Source: Naegleria gruberi
Taxonomy: Eukaryota
Assembly (NCBI GenBank): GCA_000004985.1
Contig: GG738850.1
Strand: one strand, 5' to 3'
DNA: 64,000 nt
Position 1 is the first letter of the stretch. Each line of letters opens with the position of its first letter. Positions 50,164 to 60,909 of this stretch are shown here, in pieces. Position numbers and translations under genes: made by a program. The notes beneath the pieces were generated by a model. It was not told the DNA's origin, made no database searches, and saw nothing but the letters and a program-made list of their open reading frames with translations.

Positions 50164-51065
50164 ATTCACACATTACCACCATTATTGTCATTCAATTCAG
50201 AAACTTTGATGGCAAGTGTTATCCAAACACATCCGATCTCGTCTCTGTATTCACCCTCTTGTTCCAGAAGGTTCAGAGTGCCAGTAGACAATTCAAAGGA
50301 AGATGCTCTATCATTACTCCAAAGGTTTTGATGATTAGTTTTGAGGTGGGAAAGAATGTCGAGAGAAATGCCCTATTATGTGCACTTCAATTGGAGAAAC
50401 AAATGCAAGCAATTAATTCACAACTTTGTGAACAAGTTAATCTCCCACCTATTCAGTTTGGTATTGGAATTTCAAGATCTGAATGTTTGATTGGTAATAT
50501 TGGAACGGCTGCTGTTAGATTTTCTGCTCTGATTGGAGCTTGTTCCAGTAATGCATTGAGATTATCATGTTTGTGTGCCTATTTGGGAACTTCCATCTTG
50601 ACAGATGAATCTCTCATGTTGGCACTTCAGAGAGGATTCATAACGAGACCTGTACATTTTATTAGAAAGACATCGATATTTGATGGTGAGGTGTTGAGCT
50701 TGGAAGATGGTGATGACGACAATAAGCAAACCATTTATCAACTACTCGGAGAATCCAAACTTCAAGATGATGAATGGCTCTACGAATTGCAGCAACACGA
50801 AAACAATAACAAGTACAAGGAATTCGATAGAGCTTTTGATTTACTTCGAGTTGGAAGTGTAGATTCTAAATTGTTGGCAGAAATTTGTGATGTATTTGGT
50901 TCTTATCTGAGTAAATATCCTGAAGACAGAGTTGTCTCACTCCTATACACGCAACTGACAGAATTATCCAAGCTAGATGCCAAAGACGTGGAGAAGGCAG
51001 TTAGATCTTTCAGTTTGGAAAAGACAGACGTTCCACTCCATACTGATCCTTCTTTTATATTGTAA
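50148..51065 (+). CDS. Class III nucleotidyl-cyclase homology domain (adenylyl/guanylyl cyclase-like), apparently catalytically degenerate. In a different frame from the upstream TM exon.
   Basis: ITTIIVIQFRNFDG aligns with the VTILFSDIVGFT block. KGRCSIITPKVLMISFEV aligns with HCLRIKILGDCYYCV. IQFGIGISRSECLIGNIGTAAVRFSALIGACSSNALRLS aligns with LRIGIHSGPVVAGVVG..PRY.LFGDTVNTASRM. Several metal- and substrate-binding residues are substituted. There is no in-frame ATG before the domain, and no phase-compatible GT..AG joins the two frames without deleting conserved domain sequence. Confidence 0.4.
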   Translation: MGLGLNSHITTIIVIQFRNFDGKCYPNTSDLVSVFTLLFQKVQSASRQFKGRCSIITPKVLMISFEVGKNVERNALLCALQLEKQMQAINSQLCEQVNLPPIQFGIGISRSECLIGNIGTAAVRFSALIGACSSNALRLSCLCAYLGTSILTDESLMLALQRGFITRPVHFIRKTSIFDGEVLSLEDGDDDNKQTIYQLLGESKLQDDEWLYELQQHENNNKYKEFDRAFDLLRVGSVDSKLLAEICDVFGSYLSKYPEDRVVSLLYTQLTELSKLDAKDVEKAVRSFSLEKTDVPLHTDPSFIL

Positions 51066-51444
51066 ATAAACCATGTGTACATAGTATTTTCAGAGTGGAT
51101 GTGTGAGAAGTGCGTATTTACTCTCCTTTTTTAATTATGTCTCATAATGTGAAAACTTCTAAAATTGAAGTTTATGGCTATTAAAAAGTTAATAAGTTTG
51201 GATAATAGTTCATCATGGATATCACTGCTTTATATGGCTCCACACTGTTTAAGCTCATGTCAAAAGTTGGGGTATTATGTCATTTATTTTATCAGTAACT
51301 TGGATTTTTGGATTTTTGGAATGTGAGAATACTGCTCATTGTAATCTACAATTCACTTAGACAGGGTGCGTGAAACAATGAATTACCTTCAACGTGGATA
51401 AAGCGTGATTGTTGAAGTTTAAAAGTTTAAAAAAACAAATCAAA

Positions 51445-52969
51445 ATGAAACTGATCCAATTGGTGATTGCTGTCTGTATGATAGCTTGTATAGTTCTTTC
51501 CTCTCACACTGTTTCACCACAAGAAGTGAGAGACAAACACTTGAAGGTATGCTTTTGTCAATTATTGTATATTGAATAACGAACTTTGGTTTCAATACTA
51601 ATAGGGTGTTGTTATCCATCAACCACCATTCGTATTTATCGATAGAAACACAACAGATCCCTCTCAAAGATACACTGGTTTTTCAATTGACTTGATTCAA
51701 ACTCTAGTTTCCAAAATGTCAAATGTTTCCATTGAATTTTATGAAGTTCCTGATGGTACCTTTGGCAGTCCATCAACAACAAGTGGAAACTGGACAGGAA
51801 CTATTGGTGAATTAATGACTGGTCGTGCAGATGTCATGGTCGGCCCTTTGACAATTACTCAACTAAGACATCAAGTCATTGATTTCACAACTAGTTTCTT
51901 TGATGTTGGTCTTTCCATTTTAACAACTAAACAAGGAGAAGAATCCAACCTATTCTCCTTCTTGTTACCATTCTCATGGGAGGTTTGGATTTTGATATTT
52001 GCCAGTGCCTTGATTGTTGCCTTATTGACTTGGTTTTTTGATCATGTTTCTCCATATGGACATTCGAAACAAGATGATGATTCAAAGAATGAATTGGATT
52101 TTAGTGGTTCTTTAATCAATGCTTGTATGACCATTTCTGGTCAAGATGGTAATCCAGGTAAAAGTTGGTCAACCAGAGTAATGCTACTCGGTTACTTTCT
52201 CTTCGTCATGATTATCCTCTCCACATACACAGCCAACTTGGCAGCTGTCCTCACCACAAAAGTTCAATCCACAAGAGTAACTGGTCTCTCTGATATCAGA
52301 ACTTATGGTTTCAAGTTTGCTGTGGCCAAGAATTCAGCACCTGCATCCTTCATCTCCTCTAGTGAGGAAATGGCAGATATCAAAAAGAACATGGTTCTAT
52401 ACGATTCTCTGGACGATTGTATCAAGGCACTCAGAGAAGGTCAAGTCGATGCTCTGATATGGGTTTCTTCCATTCTCGAATATATGGCCAACCAGCCACC
52501 TTGTGATACCTTAATCGTTGGTGATTTGTTTAATCCTGGTAATTATGGACTGCCATTTGCGAAGGGAAATTGGATGATCGGACATTTCTCTTCAATTCTC
52601 TTGTCGATGAGAGAAAGTGGACTTGTGGAAAAGTTAAAGAAAAAGTGGTGGATTGAGAAGGGAAGTTGTTCATTGGTTGCCTCATCACAGGAAGCATCTG
52701 GAGTGAAGATTCAAGACTTGGGAGGTATCTTTTTGATTTTGGCTGGTTTTATATTTGTTGGTGGTTTGATTTTGATATTCGAATTGGTGTATAGAGCTAT
52801 CTATGATAAGACGAAAAATAGAACTAAACATTTAAAGTATTTAAATAGATTCTTGGGAGGTGAGAAACATCAAGAAAGTGATAAAGAAGAACAAGAATTA
52901 AAGACAACCAATATTGCTGCTTCCACTCAATCTCTGCAAACAGATGAAAACAAAATTATCAATCAATAA
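51445..52969 (+). CDS. Ionotropic glutamate receptor (iGluR)-like ligand-gated channel lacking an amino-terminal domain: signal peptide, S1, M1, pore loop, M3 (SYTANLAA), S2, M4. Two exons, approximately 51445..51546 and 51605..52969.
   Basis: Exon 1 is MKLIQLVIAVCMIACIVLSSHTVSPQEVRDKHLK (donor GTATGC, 58-nt intron, ACTAATAG). S1 is GNWTGTIGELMTGRADVMVGPLTITQLRHQVIDFTTSFFDVGLSIL. M1 is WEVWILIFASALIVALLTWFF. The M3 gate motif is ILSTYTANLAAVLTT. M4 is IFLILAGFIFVGGLILIF. Confidence 0.75.
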
Positions 52970-52994
52970 AAAACAACAAGTGTTTATTAGAAAT

Positions 52995-55900
52995 CTACCA
53001 GAAAAGGAAACTGAAATTAAGCTTTCTAATAACCCACTTTCTCATTTCATCATAAAAAATCATCAAAAACATCCAAGGAATTGGATACAACCAAAAGTCA
53101 ATAATCATAAATCTCGTATTGAAAATATAATCTCCAATGAATGGAACATAAATTAAAATCACCAACAAGCAAGCAGAATAGATTAATCCAAAATAGGTCA
53201 TTAAATTACCCAATAATCCATGTGTGAAAATGCTCAATCGACGAGTTTTGCAACTGAATAGAGTGGCCCATTGACAAATGACAATTGTCATGAAAAATGC
53301 TGTTTGTGCAGTGCATAGAACGTTATGTTGATACATCTTATCCAAATACATTCCAGTTTCTTCAATGTAAAGCTTTTTATCCGAATTGATATCGAAATAA
53401 TCCTTGCTAGTTGCTTCCCAAAGATATTTTGGTGGAATTCCATAATAAGCAAAGACTAGGAAGTAATTTGTAAAGCATGCAAGAGTTTCAATTACTCCCA
53501 TTTGGAGATAGGAAAAGATTAATAAGGAAGAGCTTACTAGTGGTTGATTCTTGGTACGAGGTGGAATGCTCATAATGTCAGATTCGGCTGTTTCGTAGGC
53601 GAGACTGACTGCACTGATGAGCTCCTTTTTAAGATTTTAAATTTGATATATTTGGATAATATAAAAATTGATAAATTAAGAATTTTCCAAATAAGTAAAA
53701 CTTACAGTTCCCAAATCAACACACAAAATCAATAAACCTGTAATTGGAAGAGGCATGCTAAATACAATAAAAACTAAATAAGGGAAAATTTCTGCAGATA
53801 AATGTGAAACAGTATAAGCAATTGACTTTTTCAAATTGTCAAAAATCAATCTGCCTTCCTTAATACCATTCACAATCGAAGCAAAGTTATCATCCAACAA
53901 GATTATAGCAGCTGCTTCTTTAGAAACAGCACTTCCTGAAATATTCATAGCCACACCTACATCTGCCTTCTTTAGAGCAGGTGAATCATTAGTTCCATCT
54001 CCTGTCACAGCGACACAATGCCCCAATTCTTGGAATTTTGTAACGATAATCAATTTTTGTTGAGGTGAAGTTCTGGCAAAGACAATTTGCTTCTTTTTAA
54101 GAATTTGTTTCCATTCCTTAGATGTCAACTTGTCAATTTCTTCTCCGTGTAAAACAATGGCATCAGCTCTACTGTATGGAATGGTTTTTGGATCACAACT
54201 TTCTTCCTCTGCGATATCGTCAATGGTTCTGGCGTCTGATTCGATAATTCCAACTTGTTTGGCTATGGCTTTGGCTGTGGCTGGGTGATCTCCTGTGACC
54301 ATGACTACTTGAATTCCTGCTTTCTTACATTGTCCAATACATTCAGGAACTCCTACTTTTGGAGGATCAGTCAATCCAGCCATTCCCAAAAAGCAAAGAC
54401 CTTCCATTGGAATGGATTGAGCAATTTGATCAGAAGTTTGTCCAGATTTCTCAATTCTTAATTGTTCCTCAACCAAATGTTCATCAATGAAAAGTTGGGC
54501 AAAACCCAAAACTCTCTCACCCTTAGAAGCAAAGAAATCATAGGCGTCCTTAAAATTTTGTTTCCAATTATCGTCCAATGGTAAAGTTTGTGAGCCAACT
54601 CTGATGTGTGAACAACGTTGAATGATTCTCTCTGGGGCTCCTTTCATGAGCAACAAAACTTTGGAATCAGTACTGGCACTGTCAGTGGTATTGGTAGTCC
54701 ACTGAGGGAGGTGATTATTCTTTCTAATACTTAACATCCACTTGTTTTTAGAATTGAATGGAATGGAATAAAGTTCAGTATAATCAGAACGAAACTCTTC
54801 AATGGTAGCACAATCAGTTCTTGTCTGAATGAATTTAACTAAAGCTGTCTCACTAGCATCTCCTTCACATTCTCTGTCCAAAATTGGTTTTCTCAAATTG
54901 TCTTCCTCTGGCACGAAATAAGTTTTCGAGCAGAGAGCTGAACATCTTCTCAACATTTGATCAGTTGTCAATTGTTCTTCACCTTCTTTTGAGTAACTTG
55001 TTAATGGAGTTAAGGTGCTTGGCTTTTGGGTCATGTATCTGTCTTGGTAATCTACAGAAGAAACTCTTCCATCTACCCATAGCTCAACAACTGTCATTCT
55101 GTTTTGTGTCAAAGTTCCTGTCTTGTCACTACAAATAACTGATGTACTGCCAAGTGTCTCAACATGCTCAAGCTTTTTAACGAGGACATTCACTGCCTTT
55201 AGACGTTTAGCACTGACTGTTAAGCAGACAGTTACTGTAGGAATCAATCCTTGTGGAATGTTAGAAATGATTATACCAATAGCAAATAAAAAATTAGTGA
55301 ACCAACTGTTTCCAATAGCAAATCCTAAACAGAAGAAAATAATGGCCATTGTGAAGGCCAGAACAGCAATCTTTCTAACAAAACTGTCAATTTCTCTTCT
55401 GAGTGGAGTTTTCTTTTCAGTTGAAGCTCCTGCCAATAAAGCAATTTGACCAATGACAGTTTGATTTCCACATCTAATTACGATACCATAACCACTTCCT
55501 TCCAAAGCCAAAGTTCCAAAGAATACCAAATTATTTGTTTCCAAAGGATTCTTTGAAGTCATTTCCACACTCCTTGATTGAGGTTCAGTTTCTCCTGTCA
55601 AGGAAGCATTATCAAGTTTTAGTTGTGAACAAGAAACCACACGTAAATCAGCTGGAATTTTATCACCACCCTCAATTCTAACCAAATCACCCAAAACCAA
55701 TTCTTCAACTGGAATTTTTTGTGGAATTCCATCACGAATCACCATACAGCTGTCACTTTGCATTTGTTGAAAACTCTGCAAAACCTTCTCACTCGATCTT
55801 TCCTGAACCAATGTAATGGTAGCATTCATAATCACAATAAACCACAAGATGACACCCAGAAATATATTCGGATAGGATTCAGTTGTTCTCTCAATGGCAA

Positions 55901-56531
55901 CGTTTAGGAAGGAAAGGAGACCAGCAACGATGAGAAGAAGGGCAAAGAGAGAGGTGAATTGTTCGATGATTTTAAAGATGAAAGGACGTTTTTTGGGTGG
56001 TGTGAGTTGATTGGGACCGTTTACTTTAAGTCTTTCGCTGGCTACTTGTTGGGTGAGACCCTATAATTATATATTCGAATGTACAAAAATATATTAGAAA
56101 GTCCAATACATGAATACATCAATATTCGAAATACTTACTGTTGATTTCTCTGGTTTGTCTTGATTAAAGCTCGTTCCATAAGTTTCGCACACTCTCTCAA
56201 CACTCAACTCGTGTTCAGAAATATCGATTGCTTTCTTCTTTGATTTCTTGATGAATTTCACTTCCTTGGCACTTTTTTGTTTCATGAGTTGAGGGTTTTC
56301 TTGGGCAGTTCGAATAATATCAATCGATTGACGAGCTTCTTCAAAGTACCTTGGAATATCATTCGACAACATTCCACTACTATTCGAAACATTATTCGAA
56401 ACAGCTCCAGTGAGTGTATGACCAATAATATCCAAAGAAGCAGATGATGTAGTTGTACTAGTTTCAATTCTATTGTCCATTTGATGTTTTCCAACATCAA
56501 TAATAATCTCTTCAGTATTGGCAGATGACAT
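52995..56531 (-). CDS. P-type ATPase, type IIC (Na+/K+- or H+/K+-ATPase alpha-subunit-like), ~1120 aa. Three exons, approximately 56531..56139, 56060..53706 and 53621..52995.
   Basis: Motifs ICSDKTGTLTQNRM (phosphorylation site), VVMVTGDHPATAKAIAKQVGII (IIC-specific), VAVTGDGTNDSPALKKADVGVAM, TGE (SLTGETEP). The N-terminus LSVERVCETYGT and the C-terminus YDEMRKWVIRK are like the Na,K-ATPase alpha subunit. Introns are GTAAGT...AATTATAG (78 nt) and GTAAGT...AAGGAG (84 nt, after DLGT), both phase 0. The first ATG taken is MSSANTEE; an upstream exon is possible. Confidence 0.85.
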
Positions 56532-56882
56532 TTTGCATCTTTTTTTTGATTGGTAATAATCAAAACTACAAACTACAAACTTCAAAGTTATTCAAATTTT
56601 TGAAACCTCCCACCTACATGAACCTGCCTCTCACTGCCTCATGACCTTTGTACAAGTCGAAATCCATTGCCTTTACTAATTTGGAAGGAGCGAGGATGAT
56701 GCATCATATGTTGAAATTCGTCTTGTTGGTTTGGTACTGTGGACTTGAAGAGTATGCATCTCCTTGGAACATGCATGACATGGTGGAACTTGATAGCAAC
56801 GTGTCATTATGAAGTTTCGAATAATAATATTCGATTATTATTTATGATGACTTCAAAATTAATATGTGGTAATTATAAGGGG

Positions 56883-59800
56883 TTAGAAACTTAATTTATC
56901 TCTTAATTGAATGAGTTGTTTGGAAATATCGGAAAATTCTGGTCTATTACTTGGATCCATATCCCAACACTGTTGCATGAGTTTCGTATAATCTTCAGTG
57001 ACCGATTTGAGTACTGAAAATGGAGCGCTAGTTTCTTGTCCATACACATTCATCCACTCATGCAACTCCTCGTCATTTCTAAATGGTATAATTGGTCTTT
57101 CATTATTTAAAACTTTCATTGGAACTGTATATGGTTGATCTTCACAAGTTGCCTTTCTGAAATGGTGAATTTTAGAGCTAGCTGCATTCAGATATGGATT
57201 TTCCAAAAAGTATAATTCATACATGACAATTCCAAATGAGTAGACATCAACTTTGTGTGTAATCTTTGTAGATGATCCCTGTAGACCTTCATTTCCAATA
57301 TAAAACAAAGTTCCAACATTGACAGTCATTGAAGTTTGTAATTGATTGTTTCCAATGATTTTGACCAAACCAAAATCACACACCTTACAATTATTGGATT
57401 CATCCAAAAGAATATTAGCTGGTTTCAAATCTCTGTGAATCACTGAGGGTTGAAGGGAGTGTAAATAATTCATTCCATTACTCACTCCAATTAAAATATT
57501 AATCTTTTCCTTCAATGATAAAAATTCAATATTTTGCTTGCATTTGTAAATAATCTTGTCCAAGCTTCCCTTCTTTACAAACTCTGTAATCATATACTTT
57601 GAGGTCTCGGTAATACAGACACCATAGAATGAGACAATATTTGGATGTCTGAGTCTTGAAAGAATGGCAGCTTCCTTTTCAAATTCAAAACTTCCTTCTG
57701 CAGTTTTCAATGATTTAATGGCAACTTCAGTATTGACCCAGAGTCCTTTATAGACATTTCCGTAACCTCCCTCACCAATACGTTTGGTAATTTCAATATC
57801 CTGAACTGGAATAACTACAGAACTTTTAACTGTGTTTTGGTTCATGTGATCGTTTTCCAAAAGTGGAGAATCATAATCTGAATTATGTTTTGATTTGTAA
57901 TAACTTGTTGATCTTGAATGAGTATAATTTGTTTCACTATCACTCATTTCAAAGACAATTTTGTTGTCTAAAATTGTTTTTTCCAAATTCTTTTCTGCAT
58001 TTTCCTTCCTTTTAAGTAATCTTAATTTGGAAATAATTTTAGAAGTGCAATAGAATATTAAAAATCCCAAAATAGTTCCACCCAACAACATGAGAATACC
58101 CACAGGCACTGTGATTGAAATAATGAGAGTTTCCAAATCAATTACATTTTTGCAAACAAAAATTTGTTGTTCATTAACAAATTCTGCAACCATTCGTAAT
58201 GGCATTGGACAAGGCAGCAATGTAATATTAAAATTGGTAGTTACCAACGATTCTGAGATTATTTTCACATTGGCAGTTGTGTTTTCATAGATTGCCTTTG
58301 TGAAATAGACACTTGCAATAAATCGCTTATTTCCAGCAATGGATGAATTAATTTGTAAATAGTCTGAAATTATTTTGAAATTCTCAGATTGGAGTGGTAA
58401 TTCTAAACCCAGGTTTCCCAAAAATCCCATTTCTATTGTAATATTCTGTCCAGATTCCACAGAAGGGCTCACATAGTCAATTGTTAAATTTCTGCCAATT
58501 GATGAAAAGTCATCTCCAAACATGGAAGCTCTATTACCTCTGAATGTATTACCTGGTCCAATTATACTATTATTTACACTTGATACTAAAATTGATTGTT
58601 CAAAAAAGTAGAAGGCACCTCCTGTCATATTTGCAAAATTGTCAATCAGTGTGAAATCTTTAAATAAGTATGGAGATCTATTCCAATACGTGAAATACCC
58701 TACACACAAAGCTCCTCCTCTAATAGCTCTATTTCCAATAAACTCAGCTCCCCCATAAGATCCAGGACCATGTCCAATAGAATGGATGGTTAGAGCTCCA
58801 CCACAACCCAGCAACATTCCAGCGATTGCATTTCCAACCTCTCTCTTGATATAATTTCCAATAAATTTGGTATTTTCAAATTGGGTTACCAACATGTCTT
58901 GACGAATGAATAAGGCACCTCCAGATTGTAAAGATAAATTTTCCTTAAATAGGCAATTAATAAATTTCATGATAAAGCTATTGGTTAAGAAAATAGCACC
59001 ACCAAAAGTATTAGCTCCATTTCTAATAAAAGTTGAATTGGCAATAAAACTTTCAGTAAAATAGGCGTTTTCTATCGAATATTACAAAATTAGAAATATT
59101 TTAGAAATGAACTTACCTGAAAACGAAGCAATACTAATTGCACCACCAAAAGCAATAGCACGATTGTCTGCGAATGTGCAATTATCCATATTTAGTGAAA
59201 CAATATCACGGAATCCCAAAACTCCTCCTTCATTACCAATATTTCTATAAAACTCACTGTGATTAATAATAGTTTCAGAAACGGATGTAATCTCAACCAC
59301 ACTCTTAACATTCTTATAAGTGTCCAATACATTACAATCAAATATCGTTGTATATTCTATCATTAAATTTAGTATAGCTCCCAATTGTGCAAACAAATCC
59401 AAATTCTGAGCTACACAATTTGTAATTTTAACCTTATCAACAAATTCCACAGCAAGTGCAGGTAAGTAATATTTTGAAATTTGAAACTTGGTGTTAGAAA
59501 ATAGAGTTGAATCAGCTTTTGTGATTACAATATTCGATCCAATACAAATCGAGTCCTTAATCTCCAATGTCTTTAATCCAACAGCTCTAAAAGATAAAAA
59601 ATCAAAGTAGGTTTCGGATACCTCAACATGTCCACAATTTGCAAAGGTAAAAGTAAATCCAATTGCACCTACAAAGACAACATTCTTAAATTTGACAGTT
59701 TTCACATTTGAAAAATCCAAACTGTAAGCTTCTTTAGTACAGTAGACTTCTTCGAATATGACATCTCCAGAGGAAAAGTTGTAAACTTGATAATTAGCTA

Positions 59801-60600
59801 CAGAAATTCTGGAAAATGTCATTATGGAATTGTAAATGCCAAAATTGTAATTTAGTGAACTTGTCATGGCAGCATTTAATCTCAAATCATGAAAATAAAA
59901 CCTTGTCATGTCGTTTCTGATAAGAAACAATGATGTACCAAACTGATTACATGAAAGAACATTGAAATAACTCTCTGAATAAATCTCAAATAAATAATTA
60001 ATATTACTATATATAGGTGTGACCATTTCATTGTTACAGAAACCTGTCAATTTTCCTGTAAACTCCAATTGTACATGAATATTGAACTGTTGCTGATTGA
60101 ATATCGATTCATTCATTGATCGTGTCCAATTCATCACCAGCACATCCAATCGGGCAAGAGCTTGTGAAATCGATGGACATGGATACTGTGAATTTTCACA
60201 TGTGGCATTATCCACACCCAACTGACTCGACAAGTACAGTGTAAATGTTTGATAGGGTCTCGATTCTAACTCTACTCTAAAGTATTTGAGTGCTTCATTT
60301 TCCGAATCAGTTGTCGAACGTGTTCTACTCTTCCTTGTTGATGCCAAATATTCATCAAAATTATTTATGCTATATTCATCATGGTTATTGACATGTTGTT
60401 GTGTCCACTGATGTGATGGTTCGTTGCTGTTGCTGTTCGGCACCTGGTTTGATGAATGCAGTTAAATCCACATTATGTAAATCATGAAAAGTCACATCAT
60501 GATATTGTTGTACTGTTCCTAGGACAACAGTAATGAGAAGCAACAGAAGAAGGAAATAATGATGAACTGTAGAATGGCCGAGCAGAGGATTTGCTGCCAT
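56883..60600 (-). CDS. Receptor-like tyrosine-kinase-like (TKL) kinase with a Pmp-repeat / right-handed beta-helix ectodomain, TM and C-terminal kinase. Three exons, approximately 60600..60514 (signal peptide), 60443..59117 and 59071..56883.
   Basis: Ectodomain GGA/FxxN repeats (NCTFADNRAIAFGGAISIAS, SGGALFIRQDM, GGALCVGYF, TGGAFYFFEQS). TM VPVGILMLLGGTILGFLIFYC. Kinase motifs GEGGYGNVYKG, VAIKSL, HRDLKPANILLDESNNCKVCDFGLVK. The second intron GTAAGT...TTCGATAG (45 nt, phase 1) is firm. The first intron (GTACAA...CCAG, 70 nt) joining the signal-peptide exon MAANPLLGHSTVHHYFLLLLLLITVVLGT is tentative. Confidence 0.65.
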
Positions 60601-60909
60601 TTTTTGTTGTTCTTTGAGCTGTCAACAAGGAAATGCCTTGATGATCAATACCCATAGTAGCGGACAAAAAAAGTAATCTTGATTATAATGCATGGACTGT
60701 AACACTCAGGAGTGATTTGGTTGCATCATATCTGATTTTACTGATTCTCAATATTCTCATTTCCCCCGAGGAGTGTTACCTTCTCTTCCCTTAATCAGCA
60801 TTCTCATGAACCTCCAACTACAACACCAAAGTCATCCTCAGTTTCATCCTCTGAGAATATCATCTCTTTGAATAAATAAGTTATTTTATCAAATATACAA
60901 TATGTACAA

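Noticed and set aside
50122-50216. A 95-nt GTTTCA..CAAG intron that would join the two frames of the cyclase-like gene in phase
   Set aside because: It would delete ITTIIVIQFRNFDG, which aligns to the first conserved block of the cyclase-homology domain. A frameshift or sequencing error is the more likely explanation.
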